The notes under the pieces are model-generated. The model saw only the letters and a list, made by a program, of their open reading frames with translations, ran no database searches and had not been told where the DNA came from. The position numbers and the translations under genes were made by a program. Of a stretch of 64,000 bases of DNA, positions 44,952 to 52,955 are shown in pieces. The DNA lies in contig JBEKAQ010000005.1 of NCBI GenBank assembly GCA_050015835.1, forward strand, positions 12,013 to 76,012. The letters are read 5' to 3'. The number at the start of each line of letters is the position of its first letter. Position 1 is the stretch's first letter. The stretch comes from Bryobacteraceae bacterium. Lineage in GTDB: Bacteria > Acidobacteriota > Terriglobia > Bryobacterales > Bryobacteraceae.

Positions 44952-47498
44952 ATGCGCCGCTTCAATCAGTTAATCGCGATACTTCTGGCATCTGTCCTTA
45001 TCCTGCCGCCGGCGCCGCTTGACGCCAGGAATCGCAAGGGCGACAAGCTGCGCAATGAGGCGCGGACCGAAGAGATTAAGGGGAACTACGATCACGCCGT
45101 GGAACTGGCCGAGCAGGCCATGGCGATGGACCCCTCCGATCCGTCCTATGTGCTGCTGGTGCGTCGCCTCCGCTATGAGGCCGGCAACGCCCATGTAAAG
45201 AAGGGGCAGCAGGTTCGCGCCACCGGAAAACTGGAAGAGGCGCTGGCCGAGTTCGAGAAGGCGTATGGATACGACCCCGCGTCGGACGTCGCGATGCAGG
45301 AGATCAGGCGCACCCGGGAAATGATCGACCGTCAAAAGAATGGGGGAGTGGCCCCTCCCACCGTCGTCACGCCGGAAGACAGGAGAACGCTCACGCCGGC
45401 CCAACTCGCCCGCAAAGAAGAGCAGGTGCGGACCGATTCCCTGCTGCCGGTGCCCGAGCTGAAGCCTCTCAACAGCGACGTTATCGATCTCCGCATGAAT
45501 AACCAGAGGCCGCGCGTGATGTTCGAAACCGTGGGTAAGGTGGCGGGCATCAACGTCCTCTTCGACCCCGACTACGGTCAGGCGCAGACGCTGGCGGCCG
45601 TGAGTATCGATCTGAGCCGCACTACTCTCGAAGAGGCTCTGAATCAGCTGGCGGTCGTGACCAGGTCTTTCTGGAAGCCGCTGTCGCCCAACACGATTTT
45701 CGTCAGCGTCGACACCCCGGCCAAGCGGCTCGATTACGCGGAGCAGGAGGTTAAGGTTTTCTATCTGAGCAACGTGACTTCGCCGCAGGAGATGCAGGAG
45801 ATTCTGACTGTTATCCGAACCGTGGTCGACGTGCAGAAAGTTTTTAACTATACGGCGCAGAACGCGCTCGTGGTACGCACCGATGCCGATACGATGGCGC
45901 TGGTCGAAAAGCTGATTGCCGATCTGGACAAGCCGCGGCCCGAAGTGATCGTCGATGTGATGGTGATGGAGGTCAGCAGCAGCTATATGCGGAATCTGTC
46001 GGCCTCGTTCGCCCCCACCGGCATCACCACCAACGCGGTCTTCGCGCCCGGCGGCGTGGCGTCATCCTCAACCACAACAGGAACCACCACCACGGGAACT
46101 ACAACCACTACGGGAACCACCACCACGGGAACGACAGGTACAACCACCGGCACAACCGCGGCCTCCGCTCTGCAATTCAACCAGCTTGGACGCATTTCGA
46201 GCGCCGATTATTCGCTCACCAATCTTCCCGGGGCGCAGTTTGAAGCGGTGCTGAACGATTCGGCCACCCGTGTCCTGCAATCGCCGCAGATTCGAGCCGT
46301 CGATAACCAGAAGGCCAGTCTGAAGATCGGCACCAAGGTCCCGACCGCCAGCGGCAGCTTCCAGCCCGGCGTGGCGGGAGTGGGTGTCAGTCCGCTGGTG
46401 AACACGCAGTTTACCTATCTCGACGTGGGCGTGAACCTCGAGATTCTGCCCCGCGTGCATCAGAATAATGAGGTTTCCCTCCACGTCGATCTGGATGTTT
46501 CGCAGGTCAATAATTACCAGAATCTGGGCGGCATCAACATCCCCGAAATCGGCCAGAACCACGCGGTCGCCGATATTCGGCTGAACGACGGCGAGGTCAA
46601 CCTGATCGGCGGGATCATTCAGGACACCAACAGCCGTTCCACTACGGGTATTCCTGGGCTCGCCGCCATCCCGGTGATCGGCCGGTTGTTCAGTGCCGAG
46701 AATCTGGATAAAGAGAAGAATGAATTGGTAATCGCGATCGTTCCGCATGTGGTGCGCGGTATCGATATCACGGAAAGCAATCTCAAGGGCGTGATGTCGG
46801 GCAGTTCCCGGCAGATCCGGGTGGAGTACGCTCCGCACCGGGCCGTTGCGCCATTGCAATCGCCAGGCCAGGCGCAGGCCGATACCACTGCTATGCCCGG
46901 GAACGCCATGCCCGGAAGCGCCCCTGTGGGTCCGCCGGCAACTGCCCCGCCCATGACCGCTCCGCCCACGACCACGCCGCCCCCTGCCACAGCTCCGCCC
47001 GCTGCCGTGGCGCAGCCCCCCGCCACAGCTCCGCCGGTTAACGCGCCCGCCACGCGCGGCGGTCCCGCTCGCATCAGTTTCCTGCCGGGAAGCAGCGTCG
47101 ACACCCAATTGAGCCAGACGGTAAATATCACGATTTATGCCGAAAATACGACCAACCTGGCATCGGCGGCGGCGCATCTGCAATACGACCCGAAAATTCT
47201 TCGCATCAACGACGTTGCCGCCGCCGATCTGCTGCAGAAGAACGGCGCGCCATTGCAGCCCTCGAAGAACATTTTGAACGATTCGGGCCGGGCCGACGTC
47301 AGCGTCAGCCGGGGGCCGAAGGACGCAGGCGTCTCCGGTTCCGGAGGATTGTTCACCGTCGTCTTCCAGGCGGTGGGGCGCGGCAATACGTCGGTAACGG
47401 TCTCCGGCGTGACCCTGACCGCGGCGAGCGGCGGCGCAGGCCCCGGCCCACGCATCGATTCGACCATGCCGCCCGTACTCAACGTGAACGTCAGATAG
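44952..47498 (+). CDS. type II/III secretion system secretin-family protein with a TPR-like N-terminus, Thr-rich insert and C-terminal cohesin-like domain
   Basis: Signal peptide and a helical repeat region. Secretin N-domain block VVRTDADTMALVEKLIADLDKPRPEV and secretin core IPGLAAIPVIGRLFS...ELVIAIVPHVV. Then a Pro/Ala linker and the tail ISFLPGSS...LQYDPKILRINDV. Confidence 0.85.
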   Translation: MRRFNQLIAILLASVLILPPAPLDARNRKGDKLRNEARTEEIKGNYDHAVELAEQAMAMDPSDPSYVLLVRRLRYEAGNAHVKKGQQVRATGKLEEALAEFEKAYGYDPASDVAMQEIRRTREMIDRQKNGGVAPPTVVTPEDRRTLTPAQLARKEEQVRTDSLLPVPELKPLNSDVIDLRMNNQRPRVMFETVGKVAGINVLFDPDYGQAQTLAAVSIDLSRTTLEEALNQLAVVTRSFWKPLSPNTIFVSVDTPAKRLDYAEQEVKVFYLSNVTSPQEMQEILTVIRTVVDVQKVFNYTAQNALVVRTDADTMALVEKLIADLDKPRPEVIVDVMVMEVSSSYMRNLSASFAPTGITTNAVFAPGGVASSSTTTGTTTTGTTTTTGTTTTGTTGTTTGTTAASALQFNQLGRISSADYSLTNLPGAQFEAVLNDSATRVLQSPQIRAVDNQKASLKIGTKVPTASGSFQPGVAGVGVSPLVNTQFTYLDVGVNLEILPRVHQNNEVSLHVDLDVSQVNNYQNLGGINIPEIGQNHAVADIRLNDGEVNLIGGIIQDTNSRSTTGIPGLAAIPVIGRLFSAENLDKEKNELVIAIVPHVVRGIDITESNLKGVMSGSSRQIRVEYAPHRAVAPLQSPGQAQADTTAMPGNAMPGSAPVGPPATAPPMTAPPTTTPPPATAPPAAVAQPPATAPPVNAPATRGGPARISFLPGSSVDTQLSQTVNITIYAENTTNLASAAAHLQYDPKILRINDVAAADLLQKNGAPLQPSKNILNDSGRADVSVSRGPKDAGVSGSGGLFTVVFQAVGRGNTSVTVSGVTLTAASGGAGPGPRIDSTMPPVLNVNVR

Positions 47499-47515
47499 CT
47501 TTAGAAGATAGAGGT

Positions 47516-48004
47516 ATGATCCGCCGGAAATTTCAACGCCAACGACAGAGCGGTATGACGCTGGTCGAGCTGATTGTGGCTTTCACCATCCTGATGGTGC
47601 TCACTACCATGGCCGTGCCGCTGGCGCGCAACAACGTCAAACGCATGCGTGAGCGCGATCTGCGCCTGGCGCTGAGAGAGATCCACACCGCCATCGATAA
47701 ATATAAGGACGCGGTCGATGCCAACAAGCTGGGGCTCGACGCCAGCGGCCCCGACACATTCGGTTATCCGAAGACGCTCCAATCGCTCGTCGACGGCGTG
47801 AAAGGCGCGGGCACCGGCGCCGATACGAAGATCAAGTTTCTGCGCAGGATTCCCCTCGACCCCATGACCAATACGCGCGAATGGGGCGTGCGCAGCATGC
47901 AGGACGATCCGAAGAGCACCGGCTGGGGCGGGCAGAATGTCTTCGACGTGTACACCAAAAGCGACCAGAAAGACGCCAGTGGAACGCCTTACTCCGAGTG
48001 GTAG
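47516..48004 (+). CDS. GspG-like pseudopilin (prepilin-type N-terminal cleavage/methylation domain)
   Basis: Leader MIRRKFQRQRQSG followed by MTLVELIVAFTILMVL. The C-terminus is ...GTPYSEW. Confidence 0.8.
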   Translation: MIRRKFQRQRQSGMTLVELIVAFTILMVLTTMAVPLARNNVKRMRERDLRLALREIHTAIDKYKDAVDANKLGLDASGPDTFGYPKTLQSLVDGVKGAGTGADTKIKFLRRIPLDPMTNTREWGVRSMQDDPKSTGWGGQNVFDVYTKSDQKDASGTPYSEW

Positions 48005-48035
48005 AGCGGGCTTATCCCGTATAAACCGGCGCGGC

Positions 48036-48428
48036 TTGAGCAGAAGGAGCTTCGGCTTCACGCTCATCGAGATGATGATCGTGATGGCGATCATCGTGAT
48101 CCTGATCTCCGTCGCCATCCCCTTCTACCAAAAGGCCCTCATCCGCGCGAAAGAAAGCGTGCTCCGCAACAATCTGTTCGCCATGCGCAGCGCCATCGAC
48201 GAATACACGTACGACAAACAGAAGGCGCCGCAGAATTTGCAGGATATGGTGACCAACGGTTACCTGCGCGAAGTTCCGCGCGATCCCATCACCGGCAGCA
48301 ACGACACCTGGAAAATCATCATGGAAGATTCCGGACAAGCGGTGAACTCCACCGAGCCGGGCATCTTCGACGTGCGCAGCGGCGCCACCGGTAAGAGCCT
48401 CGAAGGAACTCTGTACTCGGACTGGTGA
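48036..48428 (+). CDS. GspG-like pseudopilin (prepilin-type N-terminal cleavage/methylation domain)
   Basis: G/FTLIEMMIVMAIIVIL methylation motif and a REVPRDPITG block. The C-terminus is ...GTLYSDW. The start is placed at TTG 48036, downstream of the first pseudopilin stop. Confidence 0.8.
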   Translation: MSRRSFGFTLIEMMIVMAIIVILISVAIPFYQKALIRAKESVLRNNLFAMRSAIDEYTYDKQKAPQNLQDMVTNGYLREVPRDPITGSNDTWKIIMEDSGQAVNSTEPGIFDVRSGATGKSLEGTLYSDW

Positions 48429-48499
48429 CAGAAGCGGCCCCGCCTTCCGGAGATAAAGAAAAAACCATAGCCCCGTACCATTCGGGTAGAATTCCATCT

Positions 48500-50614
48500 A
48501 TGGACTTCCTACGACATGGCCGCGGCCGCAAGTCTTACTATTACCGTCTTTTTTCAGCCACCGGCCTTTTCTTATTTCTTTCTCTGAGCGCTTTTGCCCA
48601 GACGTGCACCCTCACGGCAACTCAGAACATTGTGCATGCCGAAGGCCTCGCGGAACCTATGGGCAACATCGCGGTAACCTGCAGCGGCGGAACGATTGGC
48701 GCCACGGTGTCGGCAACCATTGCCATTAATCTCAATACCAATGTCACCAATCGCCTCGACCTGAACGGCAATCCGCTGGGAATCACCGCGGCTGTAAACG
48801 CAACGCCGGTAACCGCCTCGGCAACCCTGACTTCCGCCACCAGCGTCAGCGTCTCAGCGATACAATACACCGTCTCCGGTGCCGCGACCGTGGTGACGGT
48901 TGGCGGAATCGTGGCTGATGTCGCCGCAGTGACGCCGCTCGCCGGCATCTATCCCGTTACCGCGACGATCACGGTCGAAACCAACGGCTTCCTGGTAGCC
49001 ACCGGGTCGCAGACAGTCGCTTCCGGCTCGCCTTCACTGCTTTCGTCAGTCATCAACCGGGGCGTTCCCTGTAACGGATCCGCGGTGCCGGCTTCGCTCG
49101 ATTTCAATACGGTTCTGGCGACCGATCCCTCGTCCACGATCCGGCTGACCGAGGCTTACATGTCCTCCTTTTCCGCTAAGGCGCCCGGCGCCGACGCCGG
49201 TTTTCGAATTATCGTGAATATCTCCGGCTACGGTCCGAACGCTCAACTCTATGTGCCCGACACAATCGTGGGCAGCACCGGCGCGCAGCCCACCTCGGAC
49301 GGATCCTTTGCCACTGTTCCCGGCCCCGGATCTTACACCGCTCCGGGCCAACTGCTTCTGATCCTGGTTACGGGAGCCGACGCCACGGGCGCGGGCGGGA
49401 CGATGATCGCGGGCCAGCCATCCACCTCGATGACTGCCCTTACCATGTCCAACGGCTCGACTTACGTGGTATATGAAGTGGCCGACAGCAATCCCGACGT
49501 CATTGAATCCGCGCAGCTGCCGATTTTCGTCTCTGTACCCCTGTCCTCCTGCCCCAGCATGTACATCCCGCGATTCAGCGAGATGCCGGCGCCCGTGTCG
49601 ACCGTATCGACAGCCGGCCCCACCGCTCCGATCCCTCGCTTCGTCGCCACTCAGGCGGCGTCGGATTGCCTACAGGAGGGCGATTGCTCAGTCGCCTATT
49701 ATCCCGCGCTCTCGGTGAACCAGACAGCCATTAATCTCACTGGCCTTTCCCTCGGCGGCGATCAGACCGCTTCCGTGCAGGCTACCAATAACGGACAGGG
49801 GATCCTCCCGTTCACAACGTCGATCACCTATCAATCCGGCGCCGGCTGGTTATCGGTAACTCCGTCGAGCGGCGCGACGAGCACCCTGCCCGTGCAACTA
49901 CAGGTGGTTGCGAATCCGAGCCAGTTAGCCCAGGGTACCTACACCGCGACCCTCACCATCAGCGCAGGGAACTACGGAACCGCCTCCATCCCGGTAACGT
50001 TTACGGTGGGTCCCGTGGGAGTCACCATCCAGAACGTCGGCAATGCCGCTTCTTACCAATACGGCACGGTGGCGCCGGGGTCGTACGCCGTCATTTTCGG
50101 GCTCAATCTGGCAGGCGCATCGGTGACCTTCAACAGCCTGCCCGCCACCATAATTTATAACAGCGCCTCGCAGATCAACCTGATCGTGCCCGCGCAACTC
50201 GGCCAGATGCAGGGCGCGATCGTTTCCGCTTCGGTGAACGGCATGCTGAGCAACCCATTTCAGGTGACTTTGGTTGCCAACGCCCCCGGCATCTTCACTC
50301 CGGGGATCGTGAACCTTTCGAACGCCACCATTAACGGTGCGGGCCAGCCCGCCAGCCGGGGAAGCAACATCAGCGTTTATCTGACCGGGCTCAGTATCCC
50401 CCTTACCGGCCAGGTTACCGTCAATATCGGCAGTCAGAGCAACTTGATTCCTCTTTACGCCGGCGCTCAACCCACCTATCCCGCCCTCGATCAGGTGAAC
50501 GTCACCGTTCCTGCGTCCTTGCCGGCGACCGGTACCGTGCCGCTTCAGGTCTGCATTCCCGGAACCACAGGGCAGCCGGTCTGCTCCAACACGGTGAGTC
50601 TTTATGTCCAGTAG
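48500..50614 (+). CDS. large secreted beta-rich protein with a Solibacter-type C-terminal domain
   Basis: Signal peptide ...FLFLSLSAFAQ and Thr/Ser/Ala/Gly-rich repeats. The last ~200 aa (IQNVGNAASYQ...YAGAQPTYPALDQVNVTVP...) parallel the C-terminus of the 31311-33893 protease. Confidence 0.75.
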   Translation: MDFLRHGRGRKSYYYRLFSATGLFLFLSLSAFAQTCTLTATQNIVHAEGLAEPMGNIAVTCSGGTIGATVSATIAINLNTNVTNRLDLNGNPLGITAAVNATPVTASATLTSATSVSVSAIQYTVSGAATVVTVGGIVADVAAVTPLAGIYPVTATITVETNGFLVATGSQTVASGSPSLLSSVINRGVPCNGSAVPASLDFNTVLATDPSSTIRLTEAYMSSFSAKAPGADAGFRIIVNISGYGPNAQLYVPDTIVGSTGAQPTSDGSFATVPGPGSYTAPGQLLLILVTGADATGAGGTMIAGQPSTSMTALTMSNGSTYVVYEVADSNPDVIESAQLPIFVSVPLSSCPSMYIPRFSEMPAPVSTVSTAGPTAPIPRFVATQAASDCLQEGDCSVAYYPALSVNQTAINLTGLSLGGDQTASVQATNNGQGILPFTTSITYQSGAGWLSVTPSSGATSTLPVQLQVVANPSQLAQGTYTATLTISAGNYGTASIPVTFTVGPVGVTIQNVGNAASYQYGTVAPGSYAVIFGLNLAGASVTFNSLPATIIYNSASQINLIVPAQLGQMQGAIVSASVNGMLSNPFQVTLVANAPGIFTPGIVNLSNATINGAGQPASRGSNISVYLTGLSIPLTGQVTVNIGSQSNLIPLYAGAQPTYPALDQVNVTVPASLPATGTVPLQVCIPGTTGQPVCSNTVSLYVQ

Positions 50615-50619
50615 ATTTG

Positions 50620-50648
50620 GGACGGGCGCTTCCGCCTGTCCAATTTTT
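50620..50648 (+). terminator. intrinsic terminator-like hairpin with a T-run
   Basis: GGACGGGCG-CTTC-CGCCTGTCC (9-bp stem with one G-T pair) followed by AATTTTT. It lies 5 nt after the stop of the 48500-50614 gene. Confidence 0.6.
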
Positions 50649-50703
50649 CATCGCGGCGGAGGCGCCCTCCCACATGAAAACCCGTTCATCTCAGCCGGGG
50701 AAA

Positions 50704-50731
50704 CTTGCAGGATCGCCCGGAACGCTATAAT
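50704..50731 (+). promoter_or_regulatory. candidate sigma70-type promoter
   Basis: CTTGCA, a 16-nt spacer, then TATAAT (exact -10 at 50726-50731). Confidence 0.35.
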
Positions 50732-50778
50732 ATAGGCGAATTGAGGACCAGTGAGGTCGTTTCAGGTGCGTAAAGTGC

Positions 50779-50807
50779 TTGACACTCCGCCCTCGAATGA
50801 GATATCA
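50779..50807 (+). promoter_or_regulatory. candidate sigma70-type promoter
   Basis: TTGACA (exact -35 at 50779-50784), a 17-nt spacer, then ATATCA. It would give a ~240-nt leader for the 51053 gene. Confidence 0.35.
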
Positions 50808-51052
50808 ATGTTCTTGCTCTGATTTTTCGTTCTTGCTTTTGGGTAGTGGGCACGCCATTTACACATAAAATCGCCCTCACCCGCCGAGTTGTACCGCCTT
50901 TGCCGACCGCTTCAGGAAAGCAGGCGCGTCTTTACTCCGCCCGACACGGAGAAGTTCCCAAAGGTTGTACTAAAGTATTTCGCTGTAGTTGAGGCTCAGG
51001 TTGTACGAGAACTTCGACCGATTCAATTCAAGGAAATTCACAAGGAGAAGCA

Positions 51053-52804
51053 ATGGCAAATTTCAGCAGTAAAGTTCTTGGCCTTTTCGGCGCCGCGATG
51101 TTATTCGCGGGAATGTCGTACGGTCAAACCCTTACGTTCAATCCGCAGACCCCGCAGGGGGAAGGAATCATCATTGATCGGTTCGAAGACACCACCGCGC
51201 TGGTTGGCGACGGGTTCTTCGTGGTCGGTGCCTCGGGCAACCCCACGGCGGTAGTGAATGCGACCGTCACCGTGACGCTCAATGAGCCCGTTACAAGCCA
51301 AACATTCAGCAGCGGAAAGTATTCCGAAGTGCTCTTAAATGTGGGCGCGACCGCCAGCGCAACGGGCCTGAACAACGGCGCGACTCTTTACGCCGGTGTG
51401 GTGAGCGGCAGCACTATCACCTTTACCGGCGTTAACATTCCCGCCGACACGAACGTGGCCGTCCAGAACGTTCGCGTCAATGCGAGCCTCGCCCCGAGTG
51501 GCACGTCAAGTTTCGCTATCACCGAAACAATGACCATCACCACGGCTGGCTTTCTGAATTACTCGAACCTGGGCACGCCGCTTCAGGTTGGCGTCGTCCA
51601 AACGGGTTTTAGCGTGCCCAAGCTTTCGGCGACCAACGCAAATGGCGCTCCCTTCCTTCCTGCCAACCCCGCGATTTACTATATTTGCACCGGGAACCCC
51701 CCGAGCAGCGCCGCCAACCCCATTCTCTCGTTTTCGATCGCCGAAACACAGAATTTTAGTGGAGCCTTCAAGGTTCAGGCATCCGCAGGGCAGGTGACAC
51801 TGTCGGACCAGGGTTCCAACGTGAACCCGGCTGCGATCACCCTCAATAACGGCACCGTCCAGAATGGTGCTGGCGCTAACGCCGCTATCGGCGCGGCGAC
51901 GCACGGCGATCGCTGGCAGGTTGTCTTCTCGAACGTTCCGAGCGGGGTCACCATCTACCTTCCGCTTACTATCGTAGGGACCGCACTCGGCGGGGGCGGC
52001 AACCTTACCCTGACCCTTGGCACCCAAGGTGCTACGGGTGCCCAGAAGCTCGCCACGGCCACCAACCCCAAGCCCGCCGGCGGAGCTTGGGCCGGTCCTA
52101 ACGTTGCCCCATACACCCCCAGCGGCAACGGCACGATCACCGCGTGGTACGACGTAGCGACTTCCGATAACGTCACTGCCAACTTATCCTTCGCTGTGGT
52201 GGGTTACGTTTACGCCGCCGCAGGGTTTTCAACCAGCCCGACCCCCGCGATCACGGCCAGCCTGACGCCGGCTCCGACCACGGGGAGCGACATCCCAACG
52301 TTTGCCAACCAGAACTATCCGACCCTCACCCTGAATGCTTTCGCGGCTTGCGCCACCGACCTGCTGTTCCCGTTTGTCAGCAGCGCAGGCTTTGACACCG
52401 GTATCGCCATCTCCAACACCGGTACCGATCCGCTCGGTTCTGCCGGTGCGGGAACCGGCGCTCCCGGCGGCTGCACCTTGAACTTCTACGGCAGCGTTTC
52501 CGGCGGCGGCACAGTTCCTGGCCCCACGGCGGCGCCCTTCCTGCAGGGACCGCAGCTCGGCGTGCTTCCGTCGCCGGCGGCCCCCAACTACACCGGTACG
52601 TTCCTGCTCAGCAGCGTCGTCCCGAACTTCACCGGCTACATCATTGCGCAGTGCAACTTCCTCTATGGACATGGCTTTGCGTATATCGATTACGGTGGAC
52701 TCGGAGCGCCGACCAGTACCGCTCTCGGATACCTGGCGCAAGTCCTGAATCCTGGTCGCGGCGCGGCGGAAGCTGCGGCTGGCTTCGAATCGACCGGGAA
52801 CTAG
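51053..52804 (+). CDS. secreted protein of unknown family, paralog A
   Basis: AAGGAG Shine-Dalgarno 5 nt before the ATG and a Sec-type signal peptide (...LFAGMSYGQ). Thr/Ser/Asn/Gly/Ala-rich, with no TM helix. Blocks shared with paralog B: IIIDRFEDTTALVGD, GFDTGIAI.NTG, YIIAQCNFLY.HGFAY. Confidence 0.8.
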   Translation: MANFSSKVLGLFGAAMLFAGMSYGQTLTFNPQTPQGEGIIIDRFEDTTALVGDGFFVVGASGNPTAVVNATVTVTLNEPVTSQTFSSGKYSEVLLNVGATASATGLNNGATLYAGVVSGSTITFTGVNIPADTNVAVQNVRVNASLAPSGTSSFAITETMTITTAGFLNYSNLGTPLQVGVVQTGFSVPKLSATNANGAPFLPANPAIYYICTGNPPSSAANPILSFSIAETQNFSGAFKVQASAGQVTLSDQGSNVNPAAITLNNGTVQNGAGANAAIGAATHGDRWQVVFSNVPSGVTIYLPLTIVGTALGGGGNLTLTLGTQGATGAQKLATATNPKPAGGAWAGPNVAPYTPSGNGTITAWYDVATSDNVTANLSFAVVGYVYAAAGFSTSPTPAITASLTPAPTTGSDIPTFANQNYPTLTLNAFAACATDLLFPFVSSAGFDTGIAISNTGTDPLGSAGAGTGAPGGCTLNFYGSVSGGGTVPGPTAAPFLQGPQLGVLPSPAAPNYTGTFLLSSVVPNFTGYIIAQCNFLYGHGFAYIDYGGLGAPTSTALGYLAQVLNPGRGAAEAAAGFESTGN

Positions 52805-52833
52805 TTACCTGTTCCAGACCTGTTAATCGCAAT

Positions 52834-52867
52834 GAGAAGAGGGGGCATAACCATGCTCCCTCTTCTC
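52834..52867 (+). terminator. hairpin between the two paralogs (possible attenuating terminator)
   Basis: GAGAAGAGGG (52834-52843) pairs perfectly with CCCTCTTCTC (52858-52867) around a 14-nt loop. There is no clear T-run. Confidence 0.4.
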
Positions 52868-52912
52868 GCATTTCACCTCTTCATAACGGCATAAGTTAAA
52901 TCACAAAGCAAT

Positions 52913-52946
52913 CCTGGAGCGCCACAAAGCCTGGAGCGCCACAAAG
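52913..52946. repeat. 2 x 17-bp perfect tandem duplication
   Basis: CCTGGAGCGCCACAAAG occurs twice in a row, ending 9 nt before ATG 52956 and abutting the GGGGGA Shine-Dalgarno. Confidence 0.85.
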
Positions 52947-52955
52947 GGGGATCCG

